Below are positions 38,101 through 48,000 of a stretch of 64,000 nucleotides of DNA, piece after piece. This DNA comes from Oopsacas minuta (taxonomy: Eukaryota; Animalia; Porifera). The stretch lies in NCBI GenBank assembly GCA_024704765.1, contig JAKMXF010000365.1, forward strand, positions 62,001 to 126,000, given 5' to 3'. Numbering within the stretch: position 1 is the first letter of the stretch; the number at the start of each line of letters is the position of its first letter. A program made the translations under genes and the position numbers. The notes below the pieces were generated by a model. The model was not told the origin of the DNA. It saw only the letters and a list, made by a program, of their open reading frames with translations, and made no database searches.

Positions 38101-39973
38101 ACTTTAACATCAAATGGTTCTCTCATAGACTGATGAGTAATGTTATGGAGATGGTGCAGGTCTGTGTCATGTACGCTGATTCTGTTGTTCTTGCTATCTG
38201 CTATAAACACATGACCGATGGGATCTGTTGTTAGTTGTCTGGGATGGTTGAATTGTCCGTTGTTTGATCCCTCACCTCCTATCTTCCTAACAAGACTCAT
38301 GTCAGTTAATGTGAATTGGTTTACAGTGCTATCTCCCAAGCAGCTGACATACACATTCTCTCCGTATATAGCTATACCCCATGGATGAATCATCTCTCCT
38401 ACGCCCAGCTGATTGAGGTACTCTCCTGTATCAGAGAATATCTCTACTCCGTTATGATTAGCTACGAATATTTGGTGTGTATCTTCATGTATAGCTACAC
38501 CTGATGGGCCAATCAACTCGCCAGGACCAAAACCTTGCTTCCCAGTAGCAACAGTGGACGTTTGGAATTTAGCATAATCTGGTACTCCTACTGGTAACTG
38601 TACAATCTCTCCTAGACGGGAAATGCTCGTTTCTAGGTTACGTGTGTCGCACTGCCACTTTGATTGTGTCTCTATGGGAGCGTTGCTTCGTAGGTCTCTC
38701 AATTTGTCTTCCATTTGTTGGACCATTCTCTCCTGCATGGATTTGAGGGGGTTTTCTTTTAGGGCTCCTTGGAGAAGTGCCTGTGCCTCTGTCAGTTGGG
38801 CAGTCATTTGTTGCCTAGCGATCTCCGCGGCTCTCTTGTCCTCTCGTATGTTACGGACTAGCTCCAGTAGCTGAGCTCTACGGACGTTCAGCAGCCCTAT
38901 GAGACCATCAATTGTGTAGTTGATGTGTGTCTCTATTGGGTCTACGATTTGAGGGGCGATTGGGTAATGTTCTGCCATTTTGTTGATGAACATGTACGAA
39001 TAGTTGATATAGGAATTGGTTGCTAGGGAAATCTAGTGTATATATATGAGATGATATGAGTATATATTGCATAACAAACACGAGGTTATGCAAGTGTATG
39101 TGATTGTGTCTCGTTGCTAGGATACTGTAAGGAATGTGGTTGAAATTTCTTTCTTAGTAAACTTGTTTTTGTATAATTTGCAATTTTTGAATAACAAAAT
39201 ATTGATTTAATATATTATAATGTGTTAGCTCTGCAATTCACACCTTTAGAGATTATGACAACAAATTTGGCATGTATACTCGTAGTGACATATAGTTGTG
39301 TACCTGACATTTGAAATATTTATAATGTGTATATTTTCACACCTTTTGACACTTCTGTATTTTACCCCAATCAGATTGTAGGATATTATAATTAGTCATA
39401 AATACATAAGATTAGTTCTGATGGAATGTTTGTAGTTTAATTAGCTCTGTAATGTATTTGTATTGATTGTAGACTGTAATTCTATTGGACAATACATTAT
39501 ATTGATTATATTACACTGAATACTCATATCATTAATCATATTTTCACACCTTTTGGTGAACATTTCAAAATTATCTTAGAATTAGTTTCCACTTGTTGAA
39601 TAGTTGTAAACAGGGAGGTAGAATTCGATTTTAACATTTTCAAAGGTCTCTCAACTAAATTGAATTTATCTTTTGTGTCCTTCGTGGCTGGTGACACATC
39701 TCCCTATAGGATCCTTACCAATTATCCTATTTCTAATAGTTAGGGCCAATCTACATTGAAAACCCCAGCAAGATTGGAGGAGAACTCCGAAAACTGTTGG
39801 ATACAGAGGTCCGCAGATTGATCGGCGAATCGATGATCCGTGCGAAAGCAATTCTCCACGAACACAGCACAGAACATCAATTCTTAGCGCAAGCACTATT
39901 GAAATATGAAACTTTGGATATCACAGAAATTCAGGAAGTCATTAAAGGAAATACATTAGAGAGGAAGATATAG
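14388..39973 (+). CDS. YME1L1: Mitochondrial i-AAA protease YME1L1; exons about 14388-14426, 14614-14742, 14792-15037, 15255-15420, 15605-15797, 16034-16325, 36481-36744, 36860-37127, 37459-37715, 39740-39973
   Basis: Walker A GQPGTGKT, Walker B VFIDE (joined across a 20-kb intron), [27 protein letters not shown] Zn motif, GGRAAE, C-terminal [10 protein letters not shown]. All junctions GT-AG and in frame. Confidence 0.92.
16893..17696 (+). CDS. DRAM/TMEM150 (Frag1/DRAM/Sfk1) multi-pass membrane protein, copy A, intronless, nested in YME1L1 intron
   Basis: 267 aa with about 6 hydrophobic segments, [19 protein letters not shown], and VVEW motifs typical of the family. Confidence 0.85.
   Translation: MYYIPAWTVILLLSGVFALGNLLTYTIGVSQDHFRPVFPFVSDTGAYPIENGFFVLVFAITSLFALLTIYIRFKDVHIHTEGVCFKVCNYIFLVIGIMAIFFLLSVAAFEFDDSSLSNRLHFASAILTIFLNYVYSFGQAFIGLLLPPIRVWWKWLVFAIQLSITIFGIILFLYFFATAFLEANIFYLSVKRNVSSLGTNEALLALYYEGLAIDYSRAVVEWMIFVEVIVFFLTLIPDFHRIRVNLQITRPYDQGGVNTIDNEMKKV
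18427..19230 (-). CDS. DRAM/TMEM150 family protein, copy B, intronless
   Basis: 267 aa, 10 substitutions relative to copy A; carries the canonical PYISDTG but VVQW. Confidence 0.85.
   Translation of the reverse strand: MYYIPAWTVILLLSGVFALGNLLTYTIGVSQDHFRPVFPYISDTGAYPIENGFFVLVFAITSLFALLTIYIRFKDVHIHTEGVCFKVCNYIFLVIGIMAIFFLLSVAAFEFDDSSLSNRLHFASAILTIFLNYVYSFGQAFIGLLLPPIRVWWKWLVFAIQLSITIFGIILFFYYFAASFFEANIFYLSVGRNVSSLGTNETLLALYYEGLAIDYSRAVVQWMIFVEVIVFFLTLIPDFHRIRVNLQITRPYDQGGVNTIDNEMKKV
19558..20499 (+). CDS. LCMT1: Leucine carboxyl methyltransferase 1 (PP2A methyltransferase), intronless, nested
   Basis: [66 protein letters not shown]...HY motifs. Confidence 0.9.
   Translation: MASVHISSVEDTNDEATSCKKLANDLGYFTDPFLKYFCKECPKRSPEINRGYYARYIGMQECVDKFIGKTIGRSPQIVNLGAGFDTLFWRLASCYDNEDMPVVFEVDLHTVTSRKCLHIKTKKHLISLVEKFGKASIAKGELHSDKYHLISCDIQNTSKMELRLISSGLDKDKPILFLCECLLVYIPCIFVQELVTWVAHNFHTSQFVSYGPVNLSDTFGEVMENNLKRSRCDLLGADLCKSLDTQLDLIKPFQKRGVVTMDNVYRNVQDKERRRIEKIELMDEIEPFYQLLSHYCVTIGVNDTSSIGLSTVL
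20693..21536 (-). CDS. LITAF-domain protein 1 (3 exons)
   Basis: [10 protein letters not shown]|VTYTRKRLG + hydrophobic stretch + DVEHYCPRC (CxxC / HxCxxC zinc knuckles). Confidence 0.85.
20928..21000. mobile_element. Tc1/mariner-type MITE fragment in LITAF-1 intron (family also at 56241-56327, 17957-17994, 18140-18165, 57139-57180)
   Basis: TACAGTAGAC start and internal palindrome ACCGGTTAATCGGGT..ACCCGATTAACCGGT shared with the complete copy at 56241. Confidence 0.55.
21985..22920 (-). CDS. LITAF-domain protein 2 (3 exons), Pro/Gln/Tyr-rich N-terminus
   Basis: MQGPPPPY..; [10 protein letters not shown]|VTRTTKRIG + hydrophobic stretch + DTAHVCPNC. Confidence 0.9.
23367..23580. repeat. Dispersed repeat family; other copies at 55931-55994, 63056-63198 and partial 25168-25260
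   Basis: Shared GATACCCTCCCTCCCT.AGGG(G)TGTAGCCAAATACCAAC.AGGTAACCATGGAAACTGGGACAT; the 23367 and 63056 copies share about 140 bp. Confidence 0.85.
23726..24762 (-). CDS. LITAF-domain protein 3 (3 exons) with 10-aa [10 protein letters not shown] repeats
   Basis: [10 protein letters not shown]|ATVIRRKVG + hydrophobic stretch + DVEHICPNC; 30-bp coding minisatellite at about 24575-24700. Confidence 0.9.
25418..26187 (-). CDS. LITAF-domain protein 4 (3 exons) with a 19-Gln tract
   Basis: [10 protein letters not shown]|ITRLKYKVG + hydrophobic stretch + DIEHRCPNC. Confidence 0.9.
26766..27149 (-). CDS. LITAF-domain protein 5 (intronless)
   Basis: LPPPY; [17 protein letters not shown] + hydrophobic stretch + DKRHVCPNC. 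Confidence 0.9.
   Translation of the reverse strand: MQSYPPAQLEPLITTKELPPPYDSPPVPAPGPPVVCVQTLPGPKKWSDVPERIICTNCQKEVLTRVDPKIGLGSWIIVAIVAYVFLIFGLLLCLPCVLCVLLVDFTKDKRHVCPNCGFVNGVKKAII
27298..27902 (-). mobile_element. Internally deleted hAT transposon (605 bp) retaining a dimerisation-domain remnant
   Basis: 19-bp TIR CAGAGCTGCAAATGGGTCA, exact 8-bp TSD CCTTGTGC (27290-27297 and 27903-27910), subterminal TGACCCA repeats, ORF 27471-27749 with W.Q...FP.LS.IA..LL.I.ASS..SER.FS. Confidence 0.95.
28022..28372 (-). CDS. LITAF-domain protein 6 (intronless, close paralog of LITAF-5)
   Basis: APPSY; [14 protein letters not shown] + hydrophobic stretch + DKQHVCPNC. Confidence 0.9.
   Translation of the reverse strand: MEYPPVQKDPLIATKEAPPSYDAPPVCVQTGPKRWGEISERIKCVNCQQEVLTRIESKVGLGSWVAVGIVAWILLAFGLIFCVPFALIALLLDFTKDKQHVCPNCGFVNGVKKAFH
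28993..29271 (+). CDS. Orphan microprotein A (92 aa) with GPDDVFED motif
   Basis: ATG-initiated ORF with protein-level similarity to the ORF at 29811 despite diverged DNA. Confidence 0.65.
   Translation: MSSVPTIQTQETFLENRLIHSDTDFWLLGDVEGPDDVFEDDPFENGRIFFRVDVPMRFDYFAKEKSFWESSQSYFWDFIGYIWQNKLSSKNT
29438..29567. repeat. 41-bp tandem repeat, 3 copies
   Basis: CTGAAACTAGCTAAAGGATGTTGATAG starts at 29447, 29488 and 29529. Confidence 0.9.
29811..30038 (+). CDS. Orphan microprotein B (75 aa), paralog of A
   Basis: Shares G.(D/E)GPDDVFED...FRVDVP...DY......WE....YF..F....W with ORF 28993. Confidence 0.65.
   Translation: MNSRIQSTKPRPHSMLSFSSLRGIDGPDDVFEDYIEDTQSYFRVDVPPATDYTKNDQSIWEVTSTYFCSFLDSLW
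30259..30406. mobile_element. Tc1/mariner-like MITE remnant related to the 60969-61193 element
   Basis: CAGTC..GACTG ends; internal ATATCTAAGCTCAAGGGACCG.GATAATTACTT.GATAT..CCGATGGAAT...CATATTTGTACAATTTCACACTTCGATATA shared with 61060-61170. Confidence 0.65.
30632..31096 (-). CDS. Divergent LITAF-domain protein 7 (intronless)
   Basis: [16 protein letters not shown] + long hydrophobic stretch + DVKHRCPSC; first ATG at 31096. Confidence 0.8.
   Translation of the reverse strand: MNSKPNRPQHLRIPKLHRDTMVIISPVTLNTSHEVMSTTPMGRWSIWEEEEKDFWTPSPLKFRCRECKIEVISEIIYINGKASLSSCVIILIIIGLLTLLTLGAGILLLPLAIIPLVVKRWKDVKHRCPSCKMPQGLFKRKIWKSEVIIQTPQD
31519..31567. repeat. (CAA)n microsatellite
   Basis: About 16 perfect units. 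Confidence 0.9.
32113..32156. repeat. (GT)n microsatellite
   Basis: About 22 GT units. Confidence 0.9.
33250..33397. repeat. Near-perfect AT-rich palindrome (hairpin), arms about 65 bp
   Basis: TTAATTAGATTAGATGATGATGGATATATTTTTAAGCGGGG... is mirrored by ...CCCCGCTTAAAAATATATCCATCATCATCTAATCTAATTAA. Confidence 0.9.
33697..34281 (+). CDS. Divergent LITAF-domain protein 8 (intronless, opposite strand to the other LITAFs)
   Basis: PPNY and PPAY motifs; [19 protein letters not shown] + hydrophobic stretch + DTVHKCPSC. Confidence 0.85.
   Translation: MKSFQNMLPTLLEASEPGLGEFDRRASTSAPELDRQNSPASNYNPPNYAPPGFRSNVPERRQSFAEPPAYKPPCETLLRKRAMSSPLFPSKFSREEPDTHETPSPTILTPQVFGKEPQVAFCATCERQQLSVTKKKIGKASKFTFGVVAATVAVIFAPATPLTLGILLNSNLKDTVHKCPSCRERMGKHRQPVF
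35146..35696 (-). CDS. LITAF-domain protein 9 (2 exons), Cys-rich hydrophobic segment
   Basis: [10 protein letters not shown]|ISQTELKVG + [18 protein letters not shown] + DVNHICTNC. Confidence 0.85.
37755..38978 (-). CDS. Coiled-coil + NHL-repeat beta-propeller protein 1 (TRIM2/3/71-like, no RING/B-box), intronless, inside YME1L1 intron 37716-39739
   Basis: 407 aa from MAEHYP; NHL repeats PSGVAI, PWGIAI, FNHPRQL, PFDVKV, PQGIAI. Confidence 0.9.
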   Translation of the reverse strand: MAEHYPIAPQIVDPIETHINYTIDGLIGLLNVRRAQLLELVRNIREDKRAAEIARQQMTAQLTEAQALLQGALKENPLKSMQERMVQQMEDKLRDLRSNAPIETQSKWQCDTRNLETSISRLGEIVQLPVGVPDYAKFQTSTVATGKQGFGPGELIGPSGVAIHEDTHQIFVANHNGVEIFSDTGEYLNQLGVGEMIHPWGIAIYGENVYVSCLGDSTVNQFTLTDMSLVRKIGGEGSNNGQFNHPRQLTTDPIGHVFIADSKNNRISVHDTDLHHLHNITHQSMREPFDVKVSRDRVYVLCPSNNPCMHVLTLEGDKLHSLITCGQGMDVLGPIFFCIDPLNNFVISDEDSHSIRVFSPEGSFLHTVGTEGYQQGMLYNPQGIAITPNGRLVSVSYNENYGLQIYY

Positions 39974-40161
39974 ATTTGTTGTTATTTGTTTGTGTTTGAT
40001 TGTAAATCAATATTATGTTGCTATTGACACCTATTTGTTGTTGTTGTTGTTGATTAGCTAGGGGGCCAAGGGACCCAGGTTGAGACTTGGGAATTCTGCT
40101 TTAGACAGTCACTTTCAATTTCATTTTTCTAACTCATTTTTGTATAATTAGCGAATAAACT

Positions 40162-40974
40162 ATGAGAATTCTATTTGTTGTCATATTTGTTGTTTATTGT
40201 TATTGTCAGAGAACAGAAAACACCGACTGCAGTAACACAAAGTAAATCATGTGATTATTATCATTTGTTGTTGTTTACAATTGTATTTATAGATTTGGAT
40301 GTTGTAGCGATGGCAAGACAACAGCTGATGATTCAAAAATGGCAAATTGTCCGAAACCCTTCCATCTGATTGGTGGCTGTAATGGTACACAATTTGGATG
40401 TTGTCCTGATGGAAGTTATGCTAAAGACTTGCAAAAGTCAAATTGTATTATAAAAAATATTAAGTGAGTTATAAATAACAACAAATAAACAAATAAACTC
40501 TAATAAACACAAACAAACAAACAAATAAACACAAATGAACAAACAAATAAACACAAATGAACAAACAAATAAACACTAATAAACAAATATACAAATAAAC
40601 AAACAAACAAATAAACACAAATAAACAAATAAACAAACAAACAAATAAACATAAATAAACAAATAAACAAACATCAATAAACAATATTATTATTATTATT
40701 ATTTAGTGACAATCCAGAAGACAGAAATGTCACAAATAAACCACTTAACACCTCTAGCAGTATAATACTAATCTCTATCGGCTCTGCTCTATTCTCATTT
40801 ATTATTTTCTCAATTATTCTTCTCTTAATTATTTCTGTTATTATTATTGTTTACAGAATGGTTAAACAGAGACAGGCGCGTAGAATGAGGCTAATTTTAG
40901 AATGTGAAGAGCCAGGTGTTGAGATGGGTAGCCCTCTAATGGTGGAAGAATTTGGTGTCAAGTTGTCACTTTAA
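40162..40974 (+). CDS. Small type-I membrane protein: signal peptide, two lagrin-like (agrin/papilin) Cys repeats, TM helix, short tail (3 exons)
   Basis: MRILFVVIFVVYCYC; CSNTKFGCCSDGKTTA..NC and CNGTQFGCCPDGSYA..NC; TM IILISIGSALFSFIIFSIILLLIISVIIIVY; tail ends FGVKLSL*. Introns GT-AG and in frame. Confidence 0.7.
40480..40685. repeat. (AAAC/AAAT)n compound microsatellite in intron
   Basis: Degenerate AAAC array. Confidence 0.9.
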
Positions 40975-43900
40975 CTTGAGTTATATTATTCCTGTTTTCC
41001 TAGTTTATATATTGTTATTTGTGATTATTCATATTCCTGGCTTATACAATTAAAATGATTCACACTCAAATATTTATTTACATAAACAAAATTGTGTTTA
41101 TCACAGCTTTGATATCCTCTCTTAATTAGATTAGAGTTTGGACGCATAAATAAAATTTATATCCCGCGTTTTGGAACATTTCGTGATTGTTATTTCCCGC
41201 CTAAAGTGTCAGGAAGCTGTATTAACCGATTTTATTTGGTTAGATTAATAATCACACCAAATAATAAGATCCTTCCTAAAGCATAATACAGTTCCACTGC
41301 GATTATTCAAACATCCATGGTTCCATTCCACGATGCATAAACGAGTACAACAACCTCAATTATCCGGATACGGACGGTTCTGACCGGTCCCAACCGGCAC
41401 TATATCCCGCCAGAATATGACTTATTTCCCGCTCTATCTAACAGCTGTTATTCTATTTATGATATTTTAATTATAAATATTTCTTCAAAAATACAATCTA
41501 TGAAATACAACAAATATTTTTTGGGTAATTATAATCACAAAGTTTCCCACAATTTCTACTTAACAGCTGATATAATATATTCATAAGCAAGTTGTATATT
41601 TCCAGCTGTACATTCCAATGCACAATCTCGTAACTAACCACCCTATGTAGAATTTATGTTAGCTAAGAATTCGGTTTTACAACATTAGCCATCTGTCTAT
41701 TCGCTAACTATTTTCTAACTGAATTATTACTAAGAATTGTTAAATATCCTGTCTGTAATACGATTTTTAAACAGTTACATTTACGCGCCTATAATTATTA
41801 TTCCCCGCACATACGCGCCTAATTTACAGATTTATTTGATGGTACTCTATTTGATTTTTACGCGCCAAATATGCTTTGAATAGCCAATCATAAAAAGAGT
41901 TATCACTGCTCTTATATGTGTTGAAAATTGGCGGGGCATTTTCCAGCTTCTTCAAAACTCTTCCCTATTATAACAACCATGGATAACAAATAAAATGCAA
42001 ATTTAATGTCAGTGTTTATTAACCAAAATGTGTGAGATATTCATAATCACAAATATGACACATTTGGACACTCTTATTCATTCATTGTACAAATATTCAT
42101 TCCTTAGTTACCAAATTGTCTAAAAATATTCAATTCTATTATTTTAACGATTTTGCTCTGAAAAGATACCAAATTACAAATGAATAACTGAAGGTAATCA
42201 CCTTTCATTGCGTAAATACAAATATGCAAACTTAATTCTGAAAATATTTGTTTACACAAGTTGATTATGTAATTTGAAAATACTTTCATGTAACTATGGA
42301 AAGTTTAAAAATATGCATTGTTGTAAGTGTAATTACAACGCAATTCATACATTATTTGACATATTTATTAACCTCTTCAGTTGCTATGTTATTATTTGTT
42401 TGTTTATCTATTTGTTGACAATTATAAAATTAGTACACGTGTGGAATAAGGTGTGTCTAGGAGCTGTTTATAATATCTAAGCGATTTTTCCCAAACTCTC
42501 CAAGAAGGTGACAAAATATATTGACCTATCAGATTTGAGGGTTTAACCAGTATTTATAGCTCAGATAGTCTATTGGATAAATAGAATTGTTACGGAATGG
42601 TATATTAACATTCTAACACCTATCTGATGTGTGAATTGATTGGTTTAAGCTGAATAGATTGAAGTGTAGTGACATCTTCCTCTAGCAAGCTATATCAGCT
42701 GTTTAGGAAAGATCTACATATCCGTTTAAGGAATATTCTATTGAAGAATCTGTCTGCAATTCATTTACATAATGCTTACGTTTTGAGGTAGAACCTAGCA
42801 ACAGTTGTAACCAATGGAATGCATTGTGCGCGTAATAGCCAGCTGGTATCTATTCAATATTAACATCTGTACTTTATGATAATTCGATTGGAAATGTGAT
42901 TCCACACAAGAGGGTGTGTTAATGGCTATAATTCAATAATTTACACAATTGAACAAGAGCAGATTGTACCTAACTAATTAAATTCCAATAAACCAACCTC
43001 GTAACTATGGTAATTTCTTTGATCACATCATTATATTAATAAGAATATATATACCATCCTTAAGCAGGTGTAATCTAGCCTAATTATATTATTATAATTC
43101 TAACACCTGATATATGAAAATATGAATATTCCAAAATTGAAAATCTCAAATCTGTTTTTGGAACTGTTAAGAGCTACAAACTTGATATTTGGTTGTGTGT
43201 GGAATGTGATAAATATAGGAAAACTTTCTAATATAAAAAAAGCGATATCTCAGAAAATCTCTGAGATCGGTGTCAGATGTATTGACCTATCAGATTTGAG
43301 GTTAATCTCAACCTACCGCCGTATACTAATTTAACACATTCTGTAGACCCCCTGCTGTCGTCAGAGGACAACCAAGGGGTCCATAAACCCGAGGTTAAGA
43401 ATCACTTGGTTGATGTAATGCAAATTTAAATAGTTCCTACTTCCCAGTGTGGTTATTCGCAGGCCGGCAAGCAGGTGAAACTTGCTTGTAACATATTGAT
43501 ATATTACAAATCCAATTAGAATAATAATGTTAAATATTCACATGTTTAACTAATCAAATTCTCTGTAAATTCAATACATATGAATTGGCAACTGCATAGT
43601 TACCCAACCACAAATTGAGAATTGATTTATTCATACAAATGTATTTACCGTAACCAATCAATTTACAGTTCTTTTCGAAATGAATAACATTTGCTTTTAA
43701 CCAATAGAATAACAGCCTACATGTGGTAATTAACCCTTGAATCTGATTGGGCCAGCACATTTGTCACGTTTTCTCAGAGATGTGTCAATATTTCGCTTAG
43801 ATATTTATATATTATTTAATGTATACAACTTTACATACACATGCCATATTTCAAGTTTGTAGCGCTTTTCATTTTCTCAATCAATTCAATAGAAAAAGAA

Positions 43901-44169
43901 GCAAAAATGAGTTTTAAAATTCATAAAATATGTCTAATATTCATTTACTTATGATTACTGATTAACCATATTGTAACACCTGTATAATTCTATTTAATAA
44001 TCATTACTCCTACTTCGTAGGATAAACTACTAATTTTGTTTGTTAATATGACGTAAACAAACAATTGTATATATTTATTGAATATTTAATAAACAAAATA
44101 ACTAAAAATATGTTTAATATATTTGAGTTTAAATCAAAACATCAAAAAAAGTGATTTATGGGTTAATAA

Positions 44170-44908
44170 CTACAAAGTATTTAATATTGGGTATTCCTTG
44201 TCTTCTTGTTGTGTTGCTATGGTAACCGCTGGAGGTATGCCCTTTTCAATCACAGAATTTGAAAGTGTTAAAAATAGATTTCTAATATTTTCATTTGAAA
44301 CTGCGCTTGTTTCTAGAAAATTAATCTTTTCGGCTTCTGCAACTTTCCTGCCCGCTGATTTCTGGACTCTTCTCTCTCCTTCCAAATCGGTTTTATTTCC
44401 AACTAGAAAAATTGAGACTTTGTCCTTGCACCGAGTTCTGACCTGTTGGAGCCAATTATACACATTCCTGAAGGTTATTTCCCTAGTGATATCATACACA
44501 ATTATAACACCTTGTGCTCGACTGTAATATCGTGTTGTCAGCTTATCAAATCTAAAAATAAAGAGAATATAACATATATTCACACCTTCAAATAATGCGA
44601 TAAATAAATTTCAAATTCACGAAAAACGCTAAAATAATAAACAACTATCTTAACATATTTTCACACCTATAAAATCAATATCCTCACCTCTCTTGTCCAG
44701 CTGTATCCCAAATCTGCAATTTCACCCTCAATCCCCTCGCTCTGACTATTTTTAGATTTAAATCCACCCCTATGGTAGCTGTTAAGTCCTCTCCAGGGCT
44801 CTCACCGGACACAAATTGTCGACAAATCGCCGTTTTCCCAACTTTTGCATCTCCAATGACGATAACTTGCATGAGAGTATCGTAATTACGTTCAATTAAT
44901 CTTGCCAT
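44170..44908 (-). CDS. Rab-family small GTPase (2 exons, 44908-44688 and 44551-44170) with no C-terminal Cys
   Basis: GDAKVGKT, TIGVD, WDTAGQER|F, GNKTD, ETSA motifs; subfamily not assignable. Confidence 0.9.
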
Positions 44909-46583
44909 TTATTTGTATTATTATTTTCAATTCAGTTTTATTTGTATTTATACTTAATGTCAGTTTCAATTAGGAAACGATGTATGCTATTTATAGGACA
45001 TTTTATTTATTAGCATATTGTGAGGTACAATTGGGCTCAGAAACTGACCCCCGGGGGCGTGTTCGGGAGTCAAATTCATTCGTAGGGCGCATCGTTTCAA
45101 AAAGTGATTCGGCAACGCCGTAGCTCCGATATTATAACTGGCCATGTGTAGGACATTTGGCCACATTTCCTCTGTCCTGGGGCAGAGTTTCTTATAAAAT
45201 CGCCTCCTTCAATCTGGACTGGGGGAAGAAGGACTGACAGATTCATTTATGGACATATAGAAGCCCAGAAAATACAAAAATAGGTAAAAAATTGAAAAAC
45301 TAGTCAACTTAGCTATGGATAGATTTTAGTATTACGAATTGATAATTGAACCATGGATGATAACAAACATTATATAAATGAGATTACTAGTTTTGCAAGC
45401 CAATAAAATGACTGTTATTGTTGTTGCCTCTGGACTCAGTGGCGGTCCCAAACGGAGCCATGCCCTGGGTTTGAAATCTTGCCATCTTTGCCTCGGGCTA
45501 TGCATAATCATGGGACCGCTCCTGGCACTGTTCCCGAAGTGACTTGCTTAGCGGAATTTCAATAGGCTTAATACAGGGCTCTACTATTTCGGGTCTACAC
45601 AATTTCATAGGAAACTTCATCCAATCAGAATAAAGAGTTTATTGCCTGATTTTATTGGTTATATTAATTTAGGCGCGGATTAGCAAAATTTACGCGCTAA
45701 AAGCTGTTCAATTGAGCAATTGGTAAAGACTGCAATCTAATTGGTTGAACAGGTTTATTCTTATCTATGCCTATTCATTATTTTAGCTTGGAAAATATTC
45801 AATCAGAAATGTGTGCCCACTAAATTAGAGGTGATTATGTCATAATATATACAGATGTGTAATGTAATTAGTATTTGCTGTGTGTTTTAATGTGAGCGCC
45901 AATTCAAATAAAGGATAAGCCATAAAAGGCTGTGTAATTTGTAGGAAGCTTTCCACACAGTTCAAGTCCTTTTGAATTAAAGTCTTTAATATTGTAGTGA
46001 ATATTTTAAAGGTGTTGTTGACCCGATTAACCTGAGTAAATATCACTATTCGTATGGTTCTGTTTCTGGACAAGTGACTCTATTAACTGGTGTCTCCATT
46101 AAGTCTTACTGTAATTGCACACAATAGTTCCATATACAATAATTGTTGATATTAACATTCATTGTTATAATACTATGAATTATGTAATTAATGCAATAAT
46201 ATGGCTAACTATTGAATTATAGCAAAAGTTTAATTAATCCGTAAAGACAATAGGAATATCTTCTGAATAAATACAAGAGAATTTTGTTTACAAATATTGT
46301 AGTTTCGAAAGAATTGATTATCTTGTTAGGCGCGTAACTCCAACACTAACTGTATAATAGGCGCGTAAGTGCGGGGATTTAATTTCTATGCGCTATTTCA
46401 GTATATATCTCACTTGCAGAAAGTCAAATGGCATTAACGATGTGTGCGGCCGTCCGCGCGGCCCTGGGGACTATAAACCCAATTGAAAATGGGTACATAT
46501 GTGCATTTAGGGGTGCAGATGTTATCCCTTGGATTAGGAATTATGTAAAATTAAAATTCTAATAAAAGATTCTAGCTAGCATA

Positions 46584-47156
46584 ATGTCTGGGGACGCCTA
46601 TAGTACTGCACAAGTTAGTAGTCTCAGATTGAAAACTGGGAAAGACAGTAAACTTAAACAAAAGAAGAAAAATAGGGCTAGAGAGGCCCTGGAGACTGCG
46701 GAGGCAACTGTAGCTAGAGAGGGGAACAAAAATCAGCAAGAGGATACTCGGACAGACGCACAAAAGGCATTTGACGTCATCCAGGTATAGTTTTCGTCAA
46801 ATTGGTGAAATTGGATAAAATTATCAGTATAGACAAATTACTTTGGAACCATGGATGTTATATATGCAATGATTTGTGCAGAATCAAATATGTATTGTGT
46901 CCTATTTATCCATGGTACAGTGGAATATCGTTAATACGAACACCAACGGTCAGGCAAAATTTGTTCGATTTATCCGAAGTTTGTATTAACGAGATTCCAC
47001 AGTACTTACATATTTGGGTACTAGGAACGTCGTCAAGCAGAACGAATCTTGAAGAAAGCTGAAAAAACTCACAAACAGAGGGTCGAGGAACTTAACGCAC
47101 AACTCGAGGGCCAAACTGAACACTATGACATTCCAAAAGTCAGCTGGACAAAGTAA
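46584..47156 (+). CDS. FAM32A: FAM32A family protein (2 exons)
   Basis: LRLK..K.KKK; RTDAQKAF..Q|ERRQAERILKKAEKTHKQRVEELN..L...TEHYDIPKVSWTK*. Confidence 0.93.
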
Positions 47157-48000
47157 TAATCACCATGGTTACATACTATACCCTCTGGAATGTTGATATT
47201 CTGAATTTATTCAATATTGTCATTTTTGGTTTGATTAATTATAATATTCACTCAAATTTGTATAATTAAACTGGAAACAAGGAGATATGCTGATAATTGT
47301 GCCACCCAATCAGATTACAGGGATAACCAGTACAGCTGTGATTCTATTGTACTTATTCGTAGTGCCTATCTGAGGCTGTAATTGATTGGTTAATCCACTT
47401 GCTATACTTATGTGGTATATTATAGAGGGCGTGAGACAATCATTGGGACCAATTAGCTCAAAGAGACAAGATAAGTCTCATAGACCTCATCCACTGGGGA
47501 GTGTTCATGGGTCAAATGGCTTATGAATCCACATCCTCATACCATAGGAATTGATATCAACTACGTCACACAGGGTATAATTCCTTATCAAATAAATAAA
47601 GCTCAGATTGCTTTGGGCGGGCATACACTGCATGACGTACACAGTTTATTATTAAATAACCACTTACATACATCTCTACAGCTATAAATCAATGCAATAA
47701 CATTATAGTTAGTCTAGGTTGCCATCCACGTGTGCAATTTAATCAAATGAAGGAGGATAATTAATGGAAGTATAGATTTACATAAACGTGAAAATTGCCA
47801 CGTATACTGTGTCAGGAGGTTAAGACCATGTAAGAGGATGTTTGTCAGTGTCTATCGCATATTTTCCTAAATAAAACTTACCACCACCACAATAACAACA
47901 AACAGTAAACAAAATAGTAAATAATTCATAAAATATACAAACACAATAAATAAACAAATAATACACATAATTAAGCCTAATACCAAATATTTACAAACGG

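Noticed and set aside
41000-44100. Hidden gene or ncRNA in the long AT-rich interval
   Set aside because: Only short ORFs and decayed repeat fragments; no consistent exon chain or RNA motif recognised.
45030-45530. GC-richer blocks as an intact transposon or RNA gene
   Set aside because: An imperfect TIR pair at about 45437-45524 has no matching TSD and no tRNA or snRNA signature; too weak to call.
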